Shown here: positions 36,697-45,469 of the stretch, one piece after another
Layout: every line of letters begins with the position of its first letter
Numbering within the stretch: position 1 is the stretch's first letter
Source: Clostridiales bacterium
GTDB lineage: Bacteria > Bacillota > Clostridia > Oscillospirales > QAMX01
Direction: 5' to 3'
Length of the DNA: 64,000 bases
Assembly (NCBI GenBank): GCA_016303065.1
Contig: JAEDMJ010000001.1
Span: 24,835 to 88,834 of the forward strand
Notes under the pieces: model-generated
The model's input: only the letters and a program-made list of their open reading frames with translations
Database searches by the model: none
What the model was told of the DNA's origin: nothing
Translations under genes and position numbers: made by a program

Positions 36697-38919
36697 TTAT
36701 TCAAGCGTCGTCTGCTCGACGCCCAGGTCTTCCGAGCGCACGAGCGCTCCGGCGGCGGGCAAGGTCCGCGTGCGGAAGCGCGCGGGGTTCTTTACGGTGA
36801 GCGACGAAGCGCGCACCGCGCTCGTAACGCTCTGGCGCGCCTTCAGCGTGACGACCTTCACTCCCGCCGTGCTCCTTGTGGGCTTGGGCGCAAGCGCAGC
36901 AGTGTTCAAAAGCAGCCCTCTGTCCGCGGAGGTCCGGAGGAAAATCTCCTCCTCCCCGTCAAGCTGTATGATCGCCGCAAGGGGCGATTTGTCCGAATAT
37001 GCTCCGGTGAGCTTTTTCCGGTTCGTCTTCGTCTCATAGCTGGAGAGCAAAACTCTCGCGCACTTTCCGTCCTGGAACACAAAGAGAAGACTTCCCCTGT
37101 ACTCGCCCTTCGGCGCGACGGCCATGGCGCATATCGACTCCCCGGACTCCAGACCCAGAAGCTGCGGCAGATAAAGCCCCAGCATTGCGACCTTGTTCTC
37201 GGCGATATCGTTCGATATGACCTTGTAAACCTGATGCCGGTTTGTAAAGAACAGCAGCTCGTCCGCATTGTTTCCTTCGATGCGGCAGGATATCCGGTCC
37301 CCCTCTTTGAGCTTCTGCTCTCCGCTGCGCTGCAGCGCCGCCGGGGAGATCTTTTTGAAATATCCCTCTTCGGTCAGGAAATATACGACCGGATACTCTT
37401 CCGCTCCGGATTCCGGTTCCTCCTCCGCCTCCTCCGCGTCGTAGACGATGCGGGTGCAGCGCTCCTTGCCGAAGCGTTTTGCAACGTCGGCAAGCTGCTT
37501 TGCGATGATGTTTTTGATCTTCTTCCGGTTGCGGAGGGTGTCCTCCATTTCGTCAATCTCGTCTTTAAGCTTTTCCGTCTCCGACAGGCGGTTTAAGATG
37601 TACTCCTTGTTGATATTGCGGAGCTTTATCTCTGCAATGAAGTCAGCCTGCTCCTCGTCGATGCCAAAGCCGATCATAAGGTTCGGGATAACCTCGGAGT
37701 CCTCCTCGGTTCCGCGTATGATGGCAATCGCCTTGTCGATATCCAGAAGAATTTTGGAAAGACCCTCCAAAAGGTGGAGTCTCGACCGCATCTTTCTCAG
37801 GCGGAAGTGGAGCTGGCGCTCGATGCACATCACGCGCCACGCGATCCACTCGGTAAGAATCTCCCGGATACCCATCACTTTCGGAGTGCCTTCAATTATT
37901 ATGTTGAAATTGCAGGGGAAATTGTCGGTCAGCTGCGTCAGCTTTGAAAGCTTCGCCATAAGCTTGTCCGGGTCAACGCCCCGTTTCAGGTCAATTGCGA
38001 TCTTGAGCCCGTTCAGGTCCGTCTCGTTTCGCATATCTGCGATTTCCCGGATCGTCCCGTCCTTTATAAGGGCCGCCGTCTTGTCGATAATCGCCTCGAC
38101 CGTCGCGGTATACGGTATCTCCGTGACCTCGATGCAGTTCTGCTCCCTGTCATAGTGCCAAACGGAGCGGACGCGGAACGAACCCGTTCCCGTCTCGTAT
38201 ACCTGCTCAAGGGCATTTCTGTCGTAGATCAGTTCGCCTCCGGTGGGAAAATCGGGAGCTTTGAGCGTCGAGTAGATGTTGAATTCCGGATCCTTCAGAA
38301 GGCCGATGGTCGTTTCGCAGACCTCGCGCAGATTGAAGCCGCAGATGCGGCTGGCCATGCCGACGGCAATTCCCATGTTTGCCGAAACGAGAATGTTCGG
38401 GAAGCTTGTCGGAAGCAGCACGGGCTCCTTCATTGTGCCGTCAAAATTGTCCACGAGGTCGACCATCTCTTCGTCGATGCCTTCAAAGAGCTCGCTGCAT
38501 ATGGCCTCAAGCTTAACCTCGGTATAGCGCGACGCGGCATAGGCCATGTCCCTGGAACCGACCTTGCCGAAATTTCCCTTTGAATCCACGAACGGGTGCA
38601 GAAGCGCGCCGTTTCCGCGGGTGAGACGCACCATCGTCTCATATATCGCTCCGTCACCGTGGGGGTTGAGCTTCATCGTCGCTCCGACCACGGCGGAGGA
38701 CTTCATTCTTATTCCTTTCAAAAGCCCCTGCTTGTACATGGTGTAAAGGAGCTTTCGGTGGGAGGGCTTGAATCCGTCGATCTCCGGAAGCGCGCGCGAC
38801 ACGATGACGCTCATCGTATACGGCATATAGTTCGTCTCGATGACGCGCGTTATGAGCATCGGCTCGGCTTCTCTTACCTCAACGGGCTCTTCGGGCTTCG
38901 CTGTTTTTTTCTTCGCCAT
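36697..38919 (-). CDS. Type IIA DNA topoisomerase subunit A (ParC/GyrA-like, short 740-aa form)
   Basis: YTMSVIVSRALP, GIRMKSSAVVGATMKLNPHGD, and active-site AASRYTEVKL (catalytic Tyr). C-terminal domain shorter than GyrA, with no obvious GyrA-box. GGGGAGGAAG ribosome-binding site. Confidence 0.85.
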   Translation of the reverse strand: MAKKKTAKPEEPVEVREAEPMLITRVIETNYMPYTMSVIVSRALPEIDGFKPSHRKLLYTMYKQGLLKGIRMKSSAVVGATMKLNPHGDGAIYETMVRLTRGNGALLHPFVDSKGNFGKVGSRDMAYAASRYTEVKLEAICSELFEGIDEEMVDLVDNFDGTMKEPVLLPTSFPNILVSANMGIAVGMASRICGFNLREVCETTIGLLKDPEFNIYSTLKAPDFPTGGELIYDRNALEQVYETGTGSFRVRSVWHYDREQNCIEVTEIPYTATVEAIIDKTAALIKDGTIREIADMRNETDLNGLKIAIDLKRGVDPDKLMAKLSKLTQLTDNFPCNFNIIIEGTPKVMGIREILTEWIAWRVMCIERQLHFRLRKMRSRLHLLEGLSKILLDIDKAIAIIRGTEEDSEVIPNLMIGFGIDEEQADFIAEIKLRNINKEYILNRLSETEKLKDEIDEMEDTLRNRKKIKNIIAKQLADVAKRFGKERCTRIVYDAEEAEEEPESGAEEYPVVYFLTEEGYFKKISPAALQRSGEQKLKEGDRISCRIEGNNADELLFFTNRHQVYKVISNDIAENKVAMLGLYLPQLLGLESGESICAMAVAPKGEYRGSLLFVFQDGKCARVLLSSYETKTNRKKLTGAYSDKSPLAAIIQLDGEEEIFLRTSADRGLLLNTAALAPKPTRSTAGVKVVTLKARQSVTSAVRASSLTVKNPARFRTRTLPAAGALVRSEDLGVEQTTLE

Positions 38920-38936
38920 TGCTTCTTCCTCCCCTC

Positions 38937-40943
38937 TCAGAATATGTCCGCAAGTTCAAGCCAGTCCGCCCCGTTTTGGGCGATATACTCTTTGCGCCCC
39001 GCAAGGTTGTCGCCCGGCAGAAGGTCGAACATATCCGCCGTGGCCTCCGCGTCGTCGGGGGTGACAAGTATCAGTCTTCGCGTCGCGGGAGACATGGTCG
39101 TAAGGCTCATCATCTCCGGCTCGTTCTCGCCAAGACCCTTTGAGCGCTGGATCGAATATTTTGCGTTCCCGAGGCCGGCGATGATGTCGCTTTTTTCCTT
39201 TTCGTCGTAGGCAAAATACGTCTGATCCCTGCAGGTTATCTCGTAAAGCGGGCTTTCCGCGATATAGACATACCCCTCCGTTATAAGCGTCGGCACAAGC
39301 CGGTAGAGCATCGCGAGGATCAGCACGCGGATCTGAAACCCGTCCACGTCCGCATCGGTGCATATTATGATCTTGTTCCACCGGAGCGAATTTATGTCAA
39401 AGCTGGAAAGCTCCTTGCTGCCGGATTTGACTTCAACGCCGCAGCCCAGAACCTTCAGAAGGTCGGTTATGATCTCGCTTTTAAAGATCCTCCCGTACTC
39501 CGCTTTCATGCAGTTCAGGATCTTTCCGCGTACGGGCATGACCGCCTGAAACTCGCTGTTCCGCCCCTGAACGACCGAGCCGAGAGCGGAGTCGCCCTCC
39601 ACGATATACAGCTCGCGCCTCGAGGTGTCCTTCGTGCGGCAGTCCACAAATTTCTCCACCCGGCTGGAGATGTCCATTGTGCCGGAGAGCTTTTTCCGCG
39701 CGTTCTGTCTGGCCTGTTCCGCAGACTCGCGGATCTGCTTGTTGCGGATGATCTGTTCCGCAAGCTTGTCCGCCTGGGCAGGATTTTCGATGAAAAAAAC
39801 TTCCAGCATCGACTTCAGAAAGTCGGTCATCGCCTCCTGTATGAAGCGGTTCGTTATGGCTTTCTTCGTCTGGTTCTCATATGAAGTCACCGTTGAAAAA
39901 GAGTTCGTCACAAGGACAAGGCTGTCGGCAATGTCCTGGAAAACGATCTTTGTCTGGCTTTTGCCGTATTTTCCGTTCTTTTTGAGATATCCGTCGACTG
40001 CCGAAACGAAAGCGCTTCTCGCAGCCTTCTCCGGCGCGCCGCCGTGCTCAAGCCAGGAGGAGTTGTGGAAATACGTGATGGACGGCGAGTTTTTTGTCAG
40101 TGAAAATGCCGCCTGCATCTGCACCTTGTATTCCGGCTTGTCCTCCCGGTCGCGTCCCTTTCTCTCTCCGGAGGCAAACCTGACCGGAATAAGGGCCTCG
40201 TCCCCCGCAAGCTCCGCGACATAGTCCTGGATTCCTCTCTCATAGAAGAACTCGGTAGTCTCAAAGCTCCCGTCGGGCTGCTGGTCTTTGAAGACAAACT
40301 TCAGGCCCGCGTTGACGACCGCCTGCTTTTTTATCGTGTCGACATAGTATTCAACGGGAATGTTTATGTCCGTAAAAACCTCAAGGTCGGGACGCCAGTG
40401 GTAGAGCGTTCCGGTCCTCTTTCCGGAATAGGGTTCCTTCCGGAGCCTGTTGGGAGCATCGGTGACGTTTTCACCCTTTTTGAAGTTCAGACCGTACTTG
40501 AATCCGCCGTACCAGCAGGTGACGTCCATGTACTCGGAAGAGTACTGTGTCGCGCATGCGCCCAGACCGTTCAGCCCCAGGGAGAACTCATAGTTTCCGT
40601 CCTCGCTGTTCTGATATTTTCCTCCGGCGTACAGCTCGCAGTAGACAAGCTCCCAGTTATACCGCCCCTCTTTTTCGTTCCAGTCCACGGGACAGCCCCG
40701 GCCGAAATCCTCCACCTCAATGGACAGATCCGAAAACCGGGTCACGTTTATGACCTTCCCGAAGCCCTGACGCGCTTCGTCAATGGCGTTGGAGAGTATT
40801 TCAAAAAAAGAGTGTTCGCAGCCGCCGACCCCGTCGGAGCCGAAAATAACTCCCGGGCGCCTGCGCACCCTGTCGGCGCCCTTGAGGCTGACTATGCTTG
40901 AATCTCCGTATGCCGCAGTTTTTTTCGCCATTTTTCGATACAC
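38937..40943 (-). CDS. Type IIA DNA topoisomerase subunit B (ParE/GyrB-like)
   Basis: GHKL ATPase motifs (EILSNAIDEA, GLNGLGA), Toprim (EGDSALG) and PLRGKILN. 668 aa. Confidence 0.88.
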   Translation of the reverse strand: MYRKMAKKTAAYGDSSIVSLKGADRVRRRPGVIFGSDGVGGCEHSFFEILSNAIDEARQGFGKVINVTRFSDLSIEVEDFGRGCPVDWNEKEGRYNWELVYCELYAGGKYQNSEDGNYEFSLGLNGLGACATQYSSEYMDVTCWYGGFKYGLNFKKGENVTDAPNRLRKEPYSGKRTGTLYHWRPDLEVFTDINIPVEYYVDTIKKQAVVNAGLKFVFKDQQPDGSFETTEFFYERGIQDYVAELAGDEALIPVRFASGERKGRDREDKPEYKVQMQAAFSLTKNSPSITYFHNSSWLEHGGAPEKAARSAFVSAVDGYLKKNGKYGKSQTKIVFQDIADSLVLVTNSFSTVTSYENQTKKAITNRFIQEAMTDFLKSMLEVFFIENPAQADKLAEQIIRNKQIRESAEQARQNARKKLSGTMDISSRVEKFVDCRTKDTSRRELYIVEGDSALGSVVQGRNSEFQAVMPVRGKILNCMKAEYGRIFKSEIITDLLKVLGCGVEVKSGSKELSSFDINSLRWNKIIICTDADVDGFQIRVLILAMLYRLVPTLITEGYVYIAESPLYEITCRDQTYFAYDEKEKSDIIAGLGNAKYSIQRSKGLGENEPEMMSLTTMSPATRRLILVTPDDAEATADMFDLLPGDNLAGRKEYIAQNGADWLELADIF

Positions 40944-41205
40944 CCTGATTTAAATATATTTATGCTGCAATATCTGCAAATAACTCCACTCTGACGCGTA
41001 TTATACACTATCTGCCCGGAATTGTCAAGGTATTGGCTTTACAGCTCTGTCCCAGACAATAAAGCAAAACTGCTTTACGGTTTTCCTGCGGGATTTCCGC
41101 CGGAACCGCCCCGTTTTTTTCAACGCGGAAAAAGCCCCGGACGATTTTTTGCCGTCCGCCCCGGGCGGACCCGGGCAAAATCGCTCACCGGGGCCCTGTT
41201 TTCGC

Positions 41206-42159
41206 TTAAAATCTCGCTCCGTCCACCTCCGGTTTTCCGGAGCCGACGGTTTCGATGGCAACGCCGCTGCGCTCCGACAGGGTGCGCATGAAGAGATCGT
41301 TGTCCACGTATATGAGGAAAAACACCTGAAAAGCCTTTTCCGGAGAGCTTTCATACTTTGTTCCCACAACTTCTCCGTTTTTGAGCTTCGTAAGTCTCAC
41401 CGGCGCGTTCACTTTCAGACACCCAAAGCGCGGATAATACTCTATGCTGTCAATATCCGCAAAGCATATCTCGCTTCGGATCACCGCATTGCCCGACCGA
41501 TAGGAAAGCTCGATCCCCGAGCCGGAAAACTTCACCGGAGTTTTGTCAAAGCATATATGCCGCCGCGCGGCGCTGTTGCACACCGAGTAGCTCACCGCAA
41601 CCGTCATGACGGCCGGCACAAGAGCAAAAACGGCTGCCAAAACCGTGTTCGCAGCGCGAAAGCCCGTAAAGCCCGCCCGGAACAGCGGAAGAATCCATCT
41701 GTATGAAAAAAACAGCGCAAACACGGCCAGAATCAGCGCCACGATTTTTATCGGCCTGAGGTTTCTGTTTTCCGGACTCAGGCGCACGTAGCGTCTCGAC
41801 GCCTTTTTGAGAAGCATAACATTCACGGGGAACTCCGTCTTCTCTTCAAGGGCGATCTTCTTCCAGCCGCCAAGCTGCGACCGCCTCAGACGGTCGTTCT
41901 CGTGTATGTCGTCTTTTTTAAGTCCCGGAAGCGTCAAAGTGACCTCGTCTCCGGGATCTGCGGAATCGACGCGTTTTTTTCTGATGCGTATTGACTGGAC
42001 GCAGGCGGTGATCCTTCTTCCGTTTGCGCTCTCCAGCTCCACCACATCCGCCCGGTATATCCGGTCCCCCTCAACAACGCCGGAAACCCTGAGTCTCTTC
42101 GGACTTTCCTGCGTGACCTCTTTCACCACAAGTCCGAAGGAATCGGAATTTCGTGTCAT
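41206..42159 (-). CDS. Hypothetical membrane protein: N-terminal EF-Tu-domain-2-like beta-barrel, two TM helices, C-terminal bPH/YcxB-like domain
   Basis: The N-terminal 90 aa (GVVEGDRIYRADVVELESANGRRITACVQSIRIRKKRV...GDEVTLTLPGL) show the translation-protein beta-barrel pattern. Hydrophobic helices at about residues 150-200. Start abuts the stop of the upstream radical-SAM gene. Confidence 0.5.
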   Translation of the reverse strand: MTRNSDSFGLVVKEVTQESPKRLRVSGVVEGDRIYRADVVELESANGRRITACVQSIRIRKKRVDSADPGDEVTLTLPGLKKDDIHENDRLRRSQLGGWKKIALEEKTEFPVNVMLLKKASRRYVRLSPENRNLRPIKIVALILAVFALFFSYRWILPLFRAGFTGFRAANTVLAAVFALVPAVMTVAVSYSVCNSAARRHICFDKTPVKFSGSGIELSYRSGNAVIRSEICFADIDSIEYYPRFGCLKVNAPVRLTKLKNGEVVGTKYESSPEKAFQVFFLIYVDNDLFMRTLSERSGVAIETVGSGKPEVDGARF

Positions 42160-43053
42160 TTAAGCTCCCCCCGTAAATTTCTCTCCCTGCACGACGTCCG
42201 CAAGCGCGGCCGCCAGCGTATTCAGCACTCTCTTTTTGTCCGCGCTCCAGGCCGGAGCGCAAAGAAGCCTCTTGTCGCCGTCCCCGGTCAGCCTGTGCAC
42301 CACCGTCTCCGGCGGCAGAAGCCGGACGAACTCCGCCGCGATCCCGGCGTACTCTTCAAGGTCCGGCAGCGCGATATTTCCGCAAAGCCACTCCTTTTCC
42401 AGAGGCGTCCCCCGCAGGATATGCAGAAGGTGGAGCTTCACACCCTCCGGTCTGAACGCGGCGGCATGCCTCACGGTTTCAAAGAAAACCTCCGCCGTCT
42501 CCCCGGGAAGCCCGGCGATCATATGGACCACGCGGTACGTGTCCGCAAGCGCCCTCATTGCCCCGTCAAATACGGCGCAGGGATATCCCCGGTTTATTCT
42601 TGCGGCGGTTTCGTCGCTGGACGTCTGAAGTCCAAGCTCCACCCAAACCGGCTTTATTCCGGCAAGCTCTCTGAGGAGCGAAAGCACCTCGTCCGGAAGG
42701 CAGTCCGGACGAGTGCCGATGGAAATCCCCAGTATATCCTCCCTTTGGACGATCGGGAAAAACAGCTTTCTCAGGTCTTCGGCGGGGGCGTACGTGTTGC
42801 TTCCGCTTTGAAAATACGCGATAAAGCCCGCGTTCTCCGCTTTTTTGCCGAGAACCGCTTTTGCACGTTCGATCTGCGCGTCCGTGCCGTCTTCCGCGCC
42901 GGAAACAAACCTTCCTCCCCCGGCGCAGAAGCTGCAGCCGCCGTACCCCAGAGTTCCGTCGCGGTTCGGACAGGTCATACCCGCGTCCAGCGAGAGCTTC
43001 CAGACCTTCCGGCCGAAAAGGCGGCGCATTTCCGAGTCAAAAGTCCTGTACAT
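42160..43053 (-). CDS. TIGR01212-family radical SAM protein (YhcC/YtqA-like)
   Basis: CPNRDGTLGYGGCSFC cysteine motif typical of TIGR01212. 297 aa. Confidence 0.8.
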   Translation of the reverse strand: MYRTFDSEMRRLFGRKVWKLSLDAGMTCPNRDGTLGYGGCSFCAGGGRFVSGAEDGTDAQIERAKAVLGKKAENAGFIAYFQSGSNTYAPAEDLRKLFFPIVQREDILGISIGTRPDCLPDEVLSLLRELAGIKPVWVELGLQTSSDETAARINRGYPCAVFDGAMRALADTYRVVHMIAGLPGETAEVFFETVRHAAAFRPEGVKLHLLHILRGTPLEKEWLCGNIALPDLEEYAGIAAEFVRLLPPETVVHRLTGDGDKRLLCAPAWSADKKRVLNTLAAALADVVQGEKFTGGA

Positions 43054-43059
43054 CCGGCT

Positions 43060-44262
43060 TTATACCGTCTGGAAAATATAGAACTTCAGATAATCCGTCT
43101 CCGGCACGCCCCAGAGTATCGGATGGTCCGGAGCCTGCTGCCTTGCCTCGATCTGGCGCAGGGAGACCCCCGCGTCTGCCGCGGCGGCAGAAAGCATTTT
43201 TCTGAACAGCTCGTCCGTCATAAAATGCGAACAGGAGCAGGTCGCCAGATACCCTCCGCGCGGCAGAAGCTTCATCGCCTTCTGGTTGATCTCGCGGTAT
43301 CCTCCGATGGCGGCGGACACCGTGCTGCTGCTCTTTGTAAAAGCCGGAGGATCAAGGATTATAAAATCGAACTCCCGGCTCTTTTTCGCTGCAAGCTCCG
43401 TGAGCATTTCGAAAACATTTGCCTGGCGAAATCCGATATCGAGCCCGTTTTCCGCCGCGTTTTCCGCCGCGCGTTTCAAAGCCTCCTCCGAAATATCCAC
43501 GGCTGTGACGCTCTCCGCCCCGCCCGCAGCGGCGTTCATCGCGAAAGCGCCCGTGTGCGTAAAACAGTCGAGAACTCTCCGCCCCCGGGCAATCCGCGCC
43601 ACGGAAGCCCGGTTGTACTTCTGATCGAGAAAGAAGCCCGTTTTCTGCCCGTTTATATAGTCCACGTTGAAGACAAGACCGTTTTCTCTTATCTGCGTTG
43701 TCCCGGAGCCCTCTCCCCAGACAAAGCCCTTGCCCTGTTCAAGACCTTCCTTTTCCCGAACGGCAATGTCGTTTCTCTCGTAAACCGCGGCGATCCTTTC
43801 GCCCGCGCCGCGCATAACCGCCAGAAGCTCGGCATATATCACGGATTTGATGCGCTCAAGCCCAAGACAGGCGATCTGCGCGACGAGTATGTCTCCGAAG
43901 CGGTCGACGGTAAGGCCCGGAAGCCCGTCCGCTTCACCGAACACAAGACGGCAGCACTGAAAATCAGGCCCCATGACCTGCCTGCGGTAGTCAACGGCCC
44001 ATGAAAGACGCCTTCTGAAAAACGCCGTGTCAAACCTGTCGTTGGAGTTTCTTGAAAGCACCCGAACCTGAATTTTGGAAGCGGAGTTGAAAAAACCTGC
44101 TCCGAGCCAGCTTCCTTTTTTTGAAAACACGTCGACGATGTCTCCGTCGCAGATTCCGTCCCCGGAAGCGACTATCTCGTCGCAGTAGACCCAGGGGTGT
44201 CCGTTTTTCAAAGCCTTTTCGGCCTTTTCGGTGACGCGCACAAATGAAAAGGGTCTGCTCAT
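43060..44262 (-). CDS. Class I SAM-dependent RNA methyltransferase with PUA-like N-domain (RlmI/RlmK-like)
   Basis: N-terminal PUA-like region (GHPWVY), SAM motifs (VLDCFTHTGAFA, ILDPPAF), catalytic-region CSCS. 400 aa. Confidence 0.8.
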   Translation of the reverse strand: MSRPFSFVRVTEKAEKALKNGHPWVYCDEIVASGDGICDGDIVDVFSKKGSWLGAGFFNSASKIQVRVLSRNSNDRFDTAFFRRRLSWAVDYRRQVMGPDFQCCRLVFGEADGLPGLTVDRFGDILVAQIACLGLERIKSVIYAELLAVMRGAGERIAAVYERNDIAVREKEGLEQGKGFVWGEGSGTTQIRENGLVFNVDYINGQKTGFFLDQKYNRASVARIARGRRVLDCFTHTGAFAMNAAAGGAESVTAVDISEEALKRAAENAAENGLDIGFRQANVFEMLTELAAKKSREFDFIILDPPAFTKSSSTVSAAIGGYREINQKAMKLLPRGGYLATCSCSHFMTDELFRKMLSAAAADAGVSLRQIEARQQAPDHPILWGVPETDYLKFYIFQTV

Positions 44263-45263
44263 TTAAATTCCTCCGCCACCTGCGCGAGCATATCCCTTAT
44301 CGGCAGCTTATAGGGGCAGCGTTCTTCACAGGCTCCGCAGCCAATGCAGTCGGACGCGTTCTTCTGCTGGACTGCGTAGCGCTCCTTTGCCCAGCCGGCA
44401 AGCCCGTACCGCTCAAGATATCCCGCAAGCGTAAACAGCACGGGAATGTTTATGCCCGCCGTGCAGGGCGCACAGTACCCGCAGCGCCGGCAGAACCGGT
44501 TTCCTAGCCTTTCGCGGATCTTTTCAAACCCGGACAGTTCGCTCTCCGAAACGGGATCCTCCCTGAGATACGCCTCCGCGTTCTTCTCAAGCTCCTCGCG
44601 GGACGCGATCCCCGGTATCACCACGGTCACATTTTTGTTGGCCGCGATAAAGCGCATCGCCGCCTCCGATTCCTCTATGGCGCCTCCGGCAAGGGGCTTC
44701 ATGCAGATAAAAGCCTTTCCCTGCTTTTTAAGCTCCGAAAGCCGGTCTTCGCACTGCGTCTCAACGATGTTGTAGGGGAACATGAAGGTTTCCACCCACG
44801 GAAGCTCCAAAGCCATGTCGAATATCTCAAGGGTGTGCCCAGTCAGACCGATGTGCCCGATTTTTCCGTCCTCTTTCGCTTTCACAAGCGCTTCCAGAGC
44901 GCCTCCCGGCGCGCACACCGCGCGGAGCTGCTCCGGAGTCGGGTTGTGGATCTGATAAACGTCGATATAATCCGTCCCGAGGTTTTTAAGACTCGTTTCG
45001 ACGTCCTTCTCCATGGAGGCTCTGTCCCGCGCCATGCTCTTGGTCGCAAGCACGAATTTCTCCCGGCGCCCCCGGATTCCGACGCCGATGTATTCTTCGC
45101 TCACGGTGTATCCCCTTGCCGTGTCGATATAGTTGACGCCGTTTTCTTCCAGCGCGTCGAAAAGCGCAGGCATCCTGTCAGCGGAAATCTTCTGTATCGG
45201 AATCCCGCCGAAGCCCATGACCGACACTCTGAGTCCCGTTGTTCCAAGCTCTGTATATTTCAT
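44259..45263 (-). CDS. Aldo/keto reductase fused to C-terminal 4Fe-4S ferredoxin-like domain
   Basis: AKR N-terminus (YIDTARGY, HNPT) plus C-terminal CRRCGYCAPC...CIGCGACEERCP. 4-nt overlap with the methyltransferase gene. GGGAGGAA ribosome-binding site. Confidence 0.8.
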   Translation of the reverse strand: MKYTELGTTGLRVSVMGFGGIPIQKISADRMPALFDALEENGVNYIDTARGYTVSEEYIGVGIRGRREKFVLATKSMARDRASMEKDVETSLKNLGTDYIDVYQIHNPTPEQLRAVCAPGGALEALVKAKEDGKIGHIGLTGHTLEIFDMALELPWVETFMFPYNIVETQCEDRLSELKKQGKAFICMKPLAGGAIEESEAAMRFIAANKNVTVVIPGIASREELEKNAEAYLREDPVSESELSGFEKIRERLGNRFCRRCGYCAPCTAGINIPVLFTLAGYLERYGLAGWAKERYAVQQKNASDCIGCGACEERCPYKLPIRDMLAQVAEEFK

Positions 45264-45399
45264 AAAAATATATTCCTCCCGAAAAAAAGGCCGCCGGCGT
45301 TCCGAATTTCAGACATTTGCAAAATACGCGCACGCCGACTGTTTTACAATTGTAAATTATAGCGCGTTTTGCAGGTTTTGTCAATAAGACAAGTCGGTC

Positions 45400-45428
45400 T
45401 TGACTTTCCCTAACTTTCGTTATATAAT
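45400..45428 (+). promoter_or_regulatory. Sigma-A-like promoter of htpG with upstream/overlapping inverted repeat
   Basis: TTGACT (45400..45405), 17-nt spacer, TATAAT (45423..45428). The inverted repeat GTCAA-N15-TTGAC (45379..45404) overlaps the -35. Confidence 0.5.
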
Positions 45429-45469
45429 TAGGCATCGAACATTTCCCAGGCAAAGGAGCGAAAACAATC

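Noticed and set aside
35761-37596. 611-aa plus-strand ORF opposite the G1PDH/topoisomerase A region
   Set aside because: Antisense, with a Ser/Arg/Ala-rich low-complexity translation.
42295-44004. 569-aa plus-strand ORF opposite the radical SAM and methyltransferase genes
   Set aside because: Antisense and Arg-rich. The minus-strand genes carry clear family motifs.
45264-45469. Checked upstream of htpG for CIRCE (TTAGCACTC-N9-GAGTGCTAA) or CtsR heptad repeats
   Set aside because: Neither consensus is present. Only the GTCAA-N15-TTGAC inverted repeat was found, and it is reported as a finding.
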